Assembly (NCBI RefSeq): GCF_006345805.1
Contig: NW_021833790.1
Location: 1 to 55,035, forward strand
Length of the DNA stretch: 55,035 bases
Source of the DNA: Octopus sinensis
Lineage: Eukaryota
Direction: 5' to 3'
How positions within the stretch are numbered: the first letter of the stretch is position 1; every line of letters starts with the position of its first letter. The notes below the pieces were generated by a model that was not told where the DNA came from, did not search any database, and saw only the letters and a program-made list of their open reading frames with translations. A program made the translations under genes and the position numbers. Below are positions 24,997 through 37,296 of this stretch, one piece after another.

Positions 24997-25360
24997 GAGC
25001 ACTATAACTCGGCAACGCCGAGTCATAGTGCTAGTGCATGCATATACAGCTGCGTGCGTGCGCACATACACGCGAGTACTGTCCAAATCTCCGACCAATC
25101 ACATACAGCTAGCTGGCAGTCAATTGGCGTATCAAGTTTCGGGCATTTTGATTGGGTTTTGGATAGAAAATTCACAAAAAAGTCACTACTATTGATTTTT
25201 TAATGGCTTTGCGGGGAAATGTAAGGATATGCACGACCACCCTTGGGCGGTTTTGAATGACCATAGAAAGTGCGAGCCCTCTAACTGAAAAATTGTGGAT
25301 TTGTATAAAGGATACACTCACACACTCACAGGCAGACATTTTGCCGTTTATATATATAGA
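24996..25360 (-). mobile_element. Non-autonomous Helitron-like element
   Basis: Minus 5' A|TCTATATATATAAACGGCAAAATGTCTG; 3' hairpin ctcggc-gtt-gccgag ending GTGCTCG|T (CTAG-like); sits between A and T. Confidence 0.7.
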
Positions 25361-25888
25361 TATATAATTCACGGGCTGTCTGGAAAGTTGTACAGCGCAT
25401 ATTCAGAAACAAAACCAGATACAGAGTGACATCAACAGAGTAGCGTTCTGAACAAGCTTTTCAACCAATCAAATCATCTGTAACTATTTAATCCTAAAAC
25501 TGTACGCAACACATCACACACACACAAACAGATCTACGTTTATGCACAAAACGACACGACCCGCTCATTATATTGATGGAAAACATCATCGAACATCACT
25601 CTATTAATAAAATTGTTTTCTCTCGCTATTGTTATAATTATTCATTATATGCTTCTAACTGTATTGTCTCCCAATTGCATTGATAAGTTTCGCTTTCTTG
25701 GCTTCAAATAGATAATTTCGTCTCTTCACTCGATCTGTTTGAGCTTAATAAAACGTTTTAAGAGGGAAATTGAAGCGAAGACGAACCAAGGGCAAAGGAT
25801 ATACAAAAGTAGAGCTAGACAAAGATAGAGATGGAGAAACGAAAGTGCGAGAAAGCAACGGATTTGTTATCACTCCGTGTATATATAT

Positions 25889-26072
25889 AGTTAATCCAAA
25901 CATGAAAACACGAAGAGAAAACACAACAACGCGAGGACGTGGAGCAAGTATAGTGTTATTGGACGCTCAGGAAAGGAAAGAAAGGAGGATTTAACGTTTC
26001 GAGCTGAGCTCTTCGTCAGGAAAGATCCAAGGAAGGGAAGACGGAGGAAAAAAATCGACAACGATACACACG
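25889..26072 (-). mobile_element. Short HHR-bearing element, family H2
   Basis: Minus CTGACGA A GAGC TCA GCTC GAAAC GTT AAA (25990-26019); short deletion just 5' of the core relative to the 18832 copy. Confidence 0.8.
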
Positions 26073-27564
26073 CAGTCATATATATATATATAGATAGAGA
26101 GAGACAGAGAGAGGGGGGAGGGGGAGAGATAGATAGATAGATAAATAGATAGATAGACAGACAGATAAATGGTTGCTGAGATAATTATTTCAACTTGTGT
26201 CGTTTAATGTCTTATATTCAATAATTTCTAATAGTTCTAAAAGCTCGCTCAAATTGCATTCTTCTGCCTAACAAAATACACAAAAAAAATGGCTACCCTG
26301 CGCTGAAAAATCTTTCATTATAAGTCTGTTCATAAGTAGAAATAAGCGGCCAAATATCGTCTTAATAGTGGGAAATCCTGATGTACGAAGTAAAGTAAAA
26401 AAGGCAAAATCAAAAAAAAAAAAAGATGGTCGTAGTTAGAACGTCTTTTATCATGGGGCTGTTTAATACCAGGGAGAACAATAGCTAGTATAGTATACTC
26501 AGTGTGTGTGTGTGTATTAAGCGACTGATTATGATATCTTAAGAAAATGTCTTTCAAATAGCAATAACCAACTGGTTACATTACGAAGAGGATATAAAGA
26601 TAACCCGAGCATGTTTGAGGCCCACTAATTTGAATAACATTATGCGATATAAAACCGCCAAAACCTTATCTTTAAGGTAGCTTGTTAGCGCTAGTACAGA
26701 AACAGATGCACAACATAACTTCAAACACGGAAGCGATCCCTTCTACATACAAATACACAACAAAAGTACACACACATCGTAACGGCTGCACACAACACAC
26801 ACAACTACACCATCATTTACACACACAAGCACAAGCTCTAACACAAACTAATAATCACACATCCAACACTAACACACACACGTACCATTCCATACAGATA
26901 CACACATACAAAAATTGAAGTCATACACGATATGAAACATCCTCTAAAAACAAAAACATTAGCTTATAATTTTTAAGCCATCACAATTTTTGGTTTTGGT
27001 CTTGCTTGTAAAAAGTAAACCAAGTCGTTACGCCACATGTTTTTTTATCTGGCAGAATGAAAATTAAACATATTAATTAATTTTTTAATTAACAAATTGA
27101 TTCAACTAATTGGATTAATCCATGTTTTCGGTACACGCACTGTTATGCAAATTAGACAGGACAGCTTCGCCGAGGCCGAGTTTAATAACATGACGATCGT
27201 AATTTCCTCGTGGATAGAAAAGGCGGGCATACTTTTTTTGATAATGGTTAAACGATGCTACAAAACTGCCCAGATCGATCTCGTTTTTCCTGCACACGGA
27301 CAGATAATGGAGTAAGACAGATGTGCTATCGTTTTGATTATTCTATCTTACAGAGTGAGGTTAAAATAATACGATTATTAAAAAAAAGCCTATATTATAT
27401 CTCAGCGTTCCCAAAAACGCTGTTCTATATTATATATGTACATACGCACGCGCGTCCAAACACTCACAGAGAGAGGGAGAGGGAGTAGTAGTAGTAGTAG
27501 TAGCAGCAGCAACAGTAGCAGTAGTAGTAGTAGTAGTAGTAGTAGGTAATTTGTGAAATTTCAG

Positions 27565-27911
27565 CAGTGGTTTTCAACCATTTTTTATCTATGGACGCCT
27601 TTGATTACTGTTTTATTCTTGGTTGAACCTCAAAGCCATTCGGTGTTTAAAAACTAGGTTTCATACTAACTTCTTTCAAAATTCCTATTCTGCTTTTCAC
27701 TCATTCCCTTGTGTAGGATGAGCTATGTAAAATGTTAGAGAACGAAACCTAAATGTTACATGCAACAGATACATTTAAATCAAAACTCTACACAGACACT
27801 TTAAAATACTACTGTGAATTCTCAATTTCCTATTTCATTAGCGTGGACCCCGCCCCACCAAATCTTATATAGATCCACAGGGGTCATGTGGACCCAAGTT
27901 AAGAACCACGG
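27565..27911. mobile_element. hAT (Charlie-like) MITE
   Basis: Termini cagtggttttcaacc / agttaagaaccacgg (11/15 IR); degenerate 8-bp flanks (5/8). Confidence 0.6.
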
Positions 27912-28849
27912 AACTGCCGTAAACGGGGAGTGTATTTGTCTGCGTGGTCTAGAGTAAGCAAATGTTAGATTTCACATGTACAGATGCCTGCGTGTGCATA
28001 CGGTTACATGAACGAACGTGTGTTGTGAGCTGATTAGTTGACCAAGTACTGCAATTAGAGATAGATAGAGGGAAGTGAACTCCATGGTAATTTTCATCAG
28101 ATGCGTCAGATATAAATCTGGTATCCGTGTAATCCGGTATTTTTCCATCTGTGCCAGCGTGTAGGTACATCCAGAAGGCAATTGATAAGCAAAACGATTA
28201 AAACGAAAAACGAACAACAGTAAAAGGTCAATGAACTGCGCTGTAAAGGAAAAGGAGAGATATTGACGTTTCGGACAATTTACCATTTTCAAAATAGATA
28301 TGTAGAGAAAAATAGAAATATAATCATAGGGAATTAAAAATGGTGCGTAAATTTTATAGAAACCCCATCGTAAAGTTAGATAGATTGTGTTGTGTGTGTG
28401 TGCGGTGCGTGGTTCATGGTAGAATGCCAAAAATGTAGTTAATAGTGCCTTTCACTAGTTGCTCCTGGTTTTTTGCATTCTGTACTCAAATCTTACTCAG
28501 CTTAGGCTTGTACTCTATAGAGCCTTCTCTAGGGTCGTCTCATTCTGTTCTTCCATCACAAAATAAAGTACGATTTCTTTGGTGCAGTCCATGACCTCAC
28601 GTGTATACATTAAACTAAAGATTATGTGGCAGCGATGATAAACCAGGTGACGCTACATGTTCATGCCTACATTATAATAAAACAATTAGTCTCTACCGCT
28701 ACAAAGTTTCACTTAAAAGGTTTTGGTTGATCGGAGGTTATGGAGAGAAGGTATATGTCAAATGTGACTCGCAGTAAGATCGAACCTGAAGCTAGGAGGT
28801 AGTTACGAAGCAAACTTGTTAAACTATACAAACTACACACATATATCAA

Positions 28850-29101
28850 GGGATCAAAGATCCTTCCCGAGTTATCGGATCGTAAGGTCGGTTTTCCGGA
28901 TTCTGTGGAGTATATATTCCTCCTGGATGAGACACCGGTCCCTCGCAAGAAAATTCTAGTTTTGCCAGCTGAGTGGATTGAAGCAATATGAGAAGAAGTG
29001 TTTTTGCTTCAAAAGCACAACGCATCGTTCGATCCGGGAATCGAAACCCTGACCTTACGATCGCGAGTCCAACACCTGAACCACTAAGCCATGCGACTCC
29101 A
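28850..29101 (-). mobile_element. SINE family D
   Basis: Head and core homologous to 5107-5376 and 31930-32163; different 3' body from 5107. Confidence 0.8.
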
Positions 29102-29489
29102 CTTATCTATCTATACATACATGTACATATATTTATACACACAGCCGTACACACTCACAATGCACCACGTACACACACATACACACCTACATGTGTACAT
29201 GTAGGAAGTGGTCCTAAGGAGACACGGTGGACAGCATGGGTGCAACGGTGGGGATTGTTGTCGTAGTCGTCGTGAGAAGAGAACCGGGAGGAGGAGGATG
29301 GAGGCGGGATAGGTGGGTGGGTGGGTTTGTTATGAAACGACACACAGACAAAGACGAAATAAAGTTGTTGGGGGGAGGGATGTGGCGGTGGCGGAGGGAT
29401 AAGTCTTTATTTTGTTTGTGACCTTCTGTGGACAGTTGAGACAAGTTTGGCATGTTGACACGGTGGAGGTGCTGGGAGGAAGAGTGCGA

Positions 29490-30020
29490 GGAACAAAGAG
29501 AGAGAGAGAGGGTTAGGAATGACACGGGGGTATATAGATATAAGAGAGAGAGAGAGAGGGGTGTGTGTGTGAGAGAGAGACTTATAATAGCTGAGAAAGA
29601 GAGGAAAAGAGAGAAACAGAGAAAGCGAAGGAATGATATGGGACGTGTATGAGAGAGAAGGGGAGAGAGAGAGAGGGAGAGAGAAGGGGAGAGAGAGAGA
29701 AGGGGAGAGAGAGAGGGAGAGAGAAGGGGATAGAGAGAGAGAAGGGGATAGACAGAGAGAAGAGGATAGAGAGAGAGAGTGTGTGTGTGAGTGAGAGAGA
29801 GAGAGAAAGCGAGAGAAAGTGTGTGTGTGTGAGTGAGAGAGAGATAGATAGATAGAGAGAAGGCAAATAGAAACATAGAAAGAGAGAAAAGATAGTTAAG
29901 AAAGACAGGGAAGTGGAAGAATGATACAGGAGATACAGTGAGAAGAGAGAGAAGGAAAAGAGAGTAACATAGTAGAGTGAGAGAGAGAGAGAGTGTGTGA
30001 GAGGGAGTGAAAGAAACAGT
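29490..30020. repeat. Compound (GA)n/(GT)n polypurine tract
   Basis: Direct reading. Confidence 0.9.
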
Positions 30021-30125
30021 GAAAGAGAGAGAGTGGGTGTGTAGGCACGAAGATGAGTTTGTATGTGTTTAAAGAGAATTGGGTGTGTACGACTGTAAAC
30101 ATGCCTTAGACTCTGTGTGTGTGTA

Positions 30126-30160
<35 letters not shown>

Positions 30161-30313
30161 ACGTGTGTGTGTGTGAACGTAAGTATGAATGGTTGGATGT
30201 GTGTGTGTGTAGAATACGGAAGGTAAAACCTGAAGAAAAATAAGCAGGAAAAGATTTCATATCCTGGTATTTTAGTTCGTTGTATTATAATAAATGTGAA
30301 AGTATGTGTGTGT

Positions 30314-30359
<46 letters not shown>

Positions 30360-30382
30360 AGAGAGAGAGAAAGAGAGACAGG

Positions 30383-30415
<33 letters not shown>

Positions 30416-30759
30416 AAGAGTGTGTGTGTCGATCCCACTGAGCGGCGCATTCCGCAGGTGACTTCTCCCATAGCATTGCGAGTGCATGTGGTACACGTTA
30501 CACACACACGTACGCAATCACACACACACATACACACACACACGAATATAGATCTTGCACCAGTACAAGATCTTCGAGTTTTCTTTGCCTTACCCCCAGT
30601 CATATCTATATATAAATATGGCCCCTGAAGAGAGTGAAAGAAAACTCCAAACGCCTATACACGCATGTTTCATACATACATACATTACACACACACATAC
30701 ACACACATATATATAGTACACCCTAAGTTTTAACATTGAGTACATTACACTTTTTTCAG

Positions 30760-31081
30760 GCATTTGACTGTGGCCATGCTGGAGCACCGCCTTTAGTCGA
30801 GCAAATCGACCCCAGGACTCATTCTTGTCAAGTTACGGGGACGTAGACACACCAGCATCGCTTGTCAAGCGATGTTGGAGGACAAACACAGACACACAAA
30901 CATATACACACACACATATATACATATATGATCAGCTTCTTTCAGTTTCCGTCTACCAAATCCACTCACAAGGCTTTGGTCGGCCAGGGGCTATAGTAGA
31001 AGACACTTGCCCAAGGTGCCACGCGGTGGGAATGAACCCGGAACCATGTGGTTGGTAAGCAAGTTACTTACCACACAGTCA
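30760..31081 (-). mobile_element. SINE family A with small internal deletion
   Basis: Homology to other copies. Confidence 0.9.
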
Positions 31082-31084
31082 CAC

Positions 31085-31418
31085 ACCGTTCGGTCACGAG
31101 ACTGACCAAGGGATTGCACCTAGAAAGTTCCCCTCCAAGGCACAAGACTGGGTAAGGTTGTTTATGGAAGGCCAGCAGTTGCCCATGCATACCAGCCTCT
31201 CTTCTCCACGTCACTGATGTTATCCAAGGGAAAGGCAAAGGGGCCGATACAGCTTGGCACCAGTGATGTCGCAACTCATATTTCTACAGATGAGTGAACT
31301 GGAGCAACGTGAAATAAAGTGTCTTGCTCAAGAACATAACACACAGCCAGGCCTGGGAATCGAACTCACTACCTCATGATTGTGAATCCGACGCTTTAAC
31401 CACTGAATCATGCACCTT
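31085..31418 (-). mobile_element. SINE family D, long-tail variant, directly adjacent to family A copy
   Basis: Minus head aaggtgcatgattcagtggttaaag...gagttcgattcccagg; core gttcttgagcaagacactttatttcacgttgctccagt. Confidence 0.85.
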
Positions 31419-31704
31419 ATTCACACACACACACACGCTACAGGAACCCGGGTGATGAGTTGCGTCCCTTAATGCAAAACCAAACAAACAAGCAAACATA
31501 AACTGCAGTTTACTATAAAAGAAATCGATATTATAAGTACTAGACTGAAATAAGAACTGGGGGTCAAAACGATCGCGTAGGACCTTCGAAATCAGTGCCC
31601 CAGCATGGTCGCATTCCATTGACTGAAGCTAGTAAAAAAATGTGTGTGTGAATGTATGTGATATACAGTTTCAGACCGATCATAATGGCCAGAGTAGGAG
31701 GTTA

Positions 31705-31741
<37 letters not shown>

Positions 31742-31744
31742 TAT

Positions 31745-31929
31745 ATATTTCTTTACTACCCACAGGGGGATAAACACAGAGGGGACAAACAAGGACAGAC
31801 AAACGGATTAAGTCGATTATATCGACCCCAGTGCATAACTGGTACTTAATTTATCGACCCTGAAAGGATGAAAGGCAAAGTCCACCTCGGCGGAATTTGA
31901 ACTGCGGAGGTAACGGCAGACGAAATACG
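31745..31929 (-). mobile_element. SINE family B, headless unit fused behind a family D SINE
   Basis: Starts on minus at gtatttcgtctg, the same breakpoint as in the 17200 trimer. Confidence 0.88.
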
Positions 31930-32163
31930 AGGGATCCATAGGTCCTTCTTGAGTCATAGCGTCATAAGACCCGTATCTATTCACACCTGAACGGGACGCC
32001 GGACCGTTTCAGGATTATTCACGTTTGCCAGCTGATCGAACTGGATCAGTTTGAAACGAAGTGTTTTTACTCGAAAACACAATGCATCGGCCGAATCTAG
32101 GAATCGAAATCACAACCTTACGATCACGAGTGTAATACTCTAACCATTCAGCCACACGCGCCT
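31930..32163 (-). mobile_element. SINE family D, diverged
   Basis: Minus head ggcgcgtgtggctgaatggttagag...gatttcgattcctag. Confidence 0.75.
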
Positions 32164-32739
32164 TCACACAAGCCGTGTGTGTATGTGCGTGCGTGCGTGT
32201 CTAGTTTATTTAAGCCGGTCCGGCGGCTGCGTGCTTGTACTGAGAGCTTTCACTGGATCACTATTCTAACAAGGGAAGAACGGAAATGTATGTATGTATA
32301 TATATTGCATGTATGCGTGCACGTTGTCAATGGGTATAAATATTCTATGAATGTGTAGGCGTGTGTGTACGTGTGAAAGTATGTTGCTTAATATGAAAAG
32401 AATAAAGAAATTTGATATATAATCATTACTGTTAATAATAAAAGAAATACTATTGGTGTGACCAATCCTACGAAATTGAAGTTAATTCATATAAATTTAC
32501 ACATTCAAACGGACACACGGAGAGAAAGAACACCTGTCTGTACAAACTTGCCAGGAAACGATATCCTTGTTACATCATGCAAAATATTTAAAATATTTAT
32601 GGCCATTGTTTATTCATAAGAACGTTTGTGTGCAGTTTAATATACGTTGGTGAAGAATATCTTGTTACAACTTTATGATGTACCTTGGTGGAGCACGTAA
32701 TCTGTCTTGTTGACGGGTACGTGAGTATATAGTGATATA

Positions 32740-32850
<111 letters not shown>

Positions 32851-33596
32851 ATATACATACACATATAGTGAGAGTGGCTCAAATGTCACTTTGCATCTCA
32901 AGTTTCAAAATGAAAAATACCATTAATACCAAAATGAAATACCAAAATGAAAAAATAGCCACTACACACACACGCGCGCGCACACATACACACGCATACA
33001 AACGTACATACGCCCAATCGCAACACACATACATACATGCACACACGCACATATAAGCGTACATAATTGCACAATCATAGACGCAAGTACAGACACACAT
33101 ATATAAACATACATACAATATAGTACACACACACACACGTGTGTGTGTATATATATTTCTTTATTGCCCAACAAGGACTAAACATAGAGAGGGGACAAAC
33201 AAGGACAGACAAAGGGATTAAGTCGATTACATTGACCCCAATGCGAAACTGGTACTTTTATTTATCGACCCCCGAAAGGATGTGTGTGTGTGTGTGTGCC
33301 CCAGCATGGCCACAGCTCGTGAGCTGAAACTAGATGAAATGAAATGAAATATATATGCTTACGTACAACTGTAAACATACACACACACATACATACCTAT
33401 GTGTGTGTGTGTGTATGGCGGTGGTGGTGGTGGGATTGGGGTTAAGGAACTCGGTGAGGTAGAATGGTGCAATAAGGCAGCAGTTTGTACCTGCAACTAA
33501 AATGTCCATCCAAGAAGAATGGCAGAACAGGAATTGACGAACTGAAGATGGAAGCAAAGAAGGCTTGCTTCTTTGTAACACATTGTAGAGGCATGT

Positions 33597-33784
33597 CTTT
33601 CAGTCATTCGACTGTGGCTATGCTGGAGCACCGCCTTTAGTCGATCGAGCAAATCGACCCCAGGACTTATTCTTTGTAAGCCTAGTACTTATTCTATCGG
33701 TCTCTTTTGCCGAACCGCTAAGTTACTGGGACGTAAACACACCAGTATTGGTTGTCAGGGATGTTGGGGGAGACAAACACACAC

Positions 33785-33849
<65 letters not shown>

Positions 33850-34434
33850 ATAGAGGGCATTATTACACATAAATGCCTCACACTAAGAGGGACAAAGTCA
33901 TTACTACCAAAATATACTAATTACTAAATTTTACTAAAATATACTAAATCATTTTTTTAAATGTCTTGCTTTGAAAAACTGCATTTGGGTATGATTAGTA
34001 TAATTTTGGTAGTAATGACTTTGTCCCTCCTAGTGTGAGGCATTATGTGTAATAATGCCCTCTATACAATATAGATATAATTAATTTGTTCAAAAGAAAA
34101 AAACTTATTTTCGATTCTTTTCTTTTATGAGGTTTTCACGCTAGCTACCCGATAATTTCTTGTTAAGATCCCTTATTAAGAGATTATCCTTAATTGTTAA
34201 AAATATATATATATATGTATATATATTATATATATATATATATATATATTATTATATATATATACACACACACACGACGGGCTTCTTTCAGTTTCTGCCT
34301 ACCAAATCCACTCACAAGGCTTTGGTCGGCCCAAGGCTACAGTAGAAGACACTTGCCCAAGGTGACACGCAGTGGGACTGAACCCGGAACCATGTGACTG
34401 GTAAGCAAGCTACTTACCACACAGCCACTCCTAC
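33597..34434 (-). mobile_element. SINE family A split at its central (TA)n by later insertions
   Basis: 3' half 33597-33785, 5' half 34276-34434; a MITE and ~130 bp of unassigned sequence lie between. Confidence 0.85.
33846..34069. mobile_element. Fold-back MITE with ~75-bp TIRs, TA-flanked
   Basis: TIRs 33846-33921 and 33994-34069, nearly perfect; TA on both sides. Confidence 0.9.
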
Positions 34435-34464
34435 GCCTAAAGCTATTTGCAAACTAAATACTAA

Positions 34465-34672
34465 TACATTTTTCTACTATAGGCACAAGGGTTAAAATTT
34501 TGTCGGGAGGAGATTAGTCGATTATATCGACCTCAGTGCTAAGCTGGTATTTATTTAATCGATCTCGAAAAGATGAAAAGTAAAGTCGCCATTGGTGGAA
34601 TTTGAACTCAGAACAAAAATGGGCGATATGCCGCCAAGCATTTTGTCCGGTGTGCTAACGAGTCTGGCGGTT
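34465..34672 (-). mobile_element. SINE family B, alternative tail (...ttgtgcctatagtagaaa)
   Basis: Homology to 49888-50104 and 41025-41278. Confidence 0.75.
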
Positions 34673-34864
34673 TGTAATAAAGGCACAAGGTCAGAAATTG
34701 AAAGAATGGGTGTAGATTAATGATACCGGCCTTAGTATTTCACTGGTATTCTATTTTACTGACCCCGAAAGAAAAGAAGACAGACTTGAAATCGTCGCCA
34801 TTATCAGTCAGAGCGTCAGGAAATTTGACTGAACTTCGCAAGGTATTTTGTTCGACGCTCGATA

Positions 34865-35168
34865 TACCCAATCCATGAATACAGCCAGGCTCAAGGGCCC
34901 GGTTTCCCGGTTTCTGTGGCGTATGTGTCCCCCCCCCCAGCTGGACCGGATGCCAGTCCATCGCAGCGTTACTCAAGAAACAGGAAGAGAGAGTGAGAGA
35001 AAGTTGTGGCAAAAGAGTACAACAGGGGTCGCCACCACCCCTGAGGGAACATCGTGGAGCTTTTAGGTGTTTTCGCTCAATAAACACACACAACGCTTGG
35101 TCTGGGAATCGAAACCGCGATCCTGCGACCGCGAGTCCGCTGCCCTAACCACTGGGCCATTGCGCCTA
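34865..35168 (-). mobile_element. tRNA-headed SINE related to family D
   Basis: Minus aggcgcaatggcccagtggttagggc...ggtttcgattcccag; 3' block ctgcgatggactggcatccggtccag...acagaaaccgg resembles conserved SINE tails from recall. Confidence 0.8.
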
Positions 35169-36052
35169 CAAACTACATACATACATATGTACGTGTGTGT
35201 GCGTGCATGTGTGTTAAACGATATAGCTGTTAGCAGAGCACATTTTAACGGAAAAGTTGATGCCGGTTGAAAGCGACGAGCCGGCGAAATCTATAAGCAC
35301 GCTGGACGAAATACTTAACAGCATTTCTCCCGGCATTACGTTCGGAGTTCAAATATCGCACCCTTGACTTTTATCCTTGTCATGTCGATGAAATAAGTAT
35401 CAGTTCAGTCAGTAACTGAGGTCGATGTAATGTCTAGCTCTGTCCCAAAAAATTTCAGACATCGTACCTATAGTAAAAAGTATGTTGCTTCCAGCAGTAA
35501 TATTCTTTGTAATAATAGTGGTGGAAGCAGCGGGTGTGGTGGTTTGGGCAAAGATTTTGAATTTTTAATATGCTGTTGCAATCATTATTCTATCAGCGTT
35601 CACCATGGGGCACACCTGTTTTGGGGCATATATGTGGGGACACACACAAGCTAAGCAATTCGACGAAACCTGTATTTATTTCAACCTTGTATTTATTGAA
35701 CGTGTGGTAGTCTGAAATTTAGAACTGGGGTCCGTGGAATTTTATCCAAAAAATTTAGGGATACAAAACATGGCTTTGTAATTTTTTTTGAAAGGTTTTA
35801 AATTAAGGGGTAGGCATTTTGGTAATGAATACATTGCTGCAGACATTGATGGGGTTCATGTAACGTGATCCCTATTTTACACATTTGAAAACTGTAGGGA
35901 ATTTGTTGAAGGAGAAAGTCTGCTATAATGGAATGGTCAGATGACGATTTTGATAGGGGTTTTATCAATGGCTTTTGAAGTCCTTTATTCATAGGGCCAG
36001 TCGGGTGTTGCTCCAGAGAGAGAGAGAGAGAGAGAGAGGGGGGAGAGGGAGG

Positions 36053-36083
<31 letters not shown>

Positions 36084-37016
36084 GGTGTGTTCTTTATTAC
36101 TTTTAGCAAGATCATGTGACTATATAAAAAAGCTAAAGCAAAAAAGAATGAAACCAAACCAATGAGGGCCCTGCGAGAAAAAAAAGGAGCAGTCAAATCT
36201 CCCTCAAAATACACTATCCTTTTCTTTATGAAAAGGGACACATTGAGAGGTACACTGAATAAAAAAAAGATGGGACAGCCGAGGCTGAAATGCCAAATAT
36301 AGCAACATCATTTCCCACACACACACCTCACCATTAACTGCTGCATCTATCACTACTACCACTTCTACCATCACTGCTACTACTACTACTATTACTTCTA
36401 CTACTATCATCCTACCACCACTACAGCAATTGCATTCACTACCACCACCACTAATACGACTACTAAGCCAATGAGAAAGCCTTTCCCTAGTCGATTCAAA
36501 CTGCTAGAAATGGCGTCCTAATCCCCTTCAAATCAAATCACACACACACTGTTGATTTAATAACAGGCAGGACACATTAAATACTGGAAACCTAACCATC
36601 TCATATCGATGTTCACAGCTCAAATGACTTCGATCACACGCTTCCCTCGATCGGTGATGGGGCAACCATTTGGGGGCAATTCAACAACGAAGACTCTTTC
36701 TCACAAATTCTCTCCTTTTTGTACGAATGTTAACAGTTTTAAAATGGAAGTTGTTTTGTGGAGGGAAATAGCTCAGTTATGCTTAGCGTATAGGAAAGCT
36801 CCCGCAGTAACTCAAGAAGACCCTATTTTAAAGTCGATTATTGTTGATAATTAGCTTCAAGATGAATCCTGACCAAGATCATCTCCGCTCCCTTTTTTCT
36901 TATTAAAAGTAATGACTACATCAACTAAGTTATCCCTTTCTTTTAAACAGATAGCGATTTGAAAGGAAGGCGAGGTTTGGCTGCTGCTTCTAGTAATTGG
37001 AGAGACCATAAAAAAG

Positions 37017-37296
37017 CAACGGTTCTCAACCTTTTCAATATCTGGGCCGGATCCAAAATCTGGATTTTTTTAGGGAACCACACCAAACGAAAAGAAAAAG
37101 AGGAAAACACAAGTCAATTAAAGGAAAAGGAGCAGTCAAATCTCCCTCAAAATACACTATCCTTTTCTTTACGAAAAGGGACACACTGAGAGGTGTACTG
37201 AATAAAAGATGGGACAGTCGAGAGAGGGAAGACCGTTGGAGGGATGTGGGCTGCCGGAAGGATGCTTGAGGGCCACATATGGCCCGAGAACCGCTG
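37017..37296. mobile_element. hAT-like MITE containing a family C-related insert
   Basis: caacggttctcaacc ... ggccacatatggcccgagaaccgctg; insert 37125-37222 nearly identical to 36182-36283. Confidence 0.6.

Noticed and set aside
27949-28430. Two overlapping minus-strand ORFs in non-repeat sequence
   Set aside because: No recognisable domain and no convincing splice acceptor.
29218-29240. RE1/NRSE-like GGACAGC
   Set aside because: Only the right half-site matches, and REST is not established in molluscs.
30625-30660. CTGAAGA GAGT...ACTC CAAAC
   Set aside because: G12 is absent, there is no valid NUH triplet with stem III, and no stem I; too decayed to call.
35095-35168. tRNA-like cloverleaf on the minus strand
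   Set aside because: No proper acceptor-stem 3' strand or clean anticodon arm; it continues into a SINE body.
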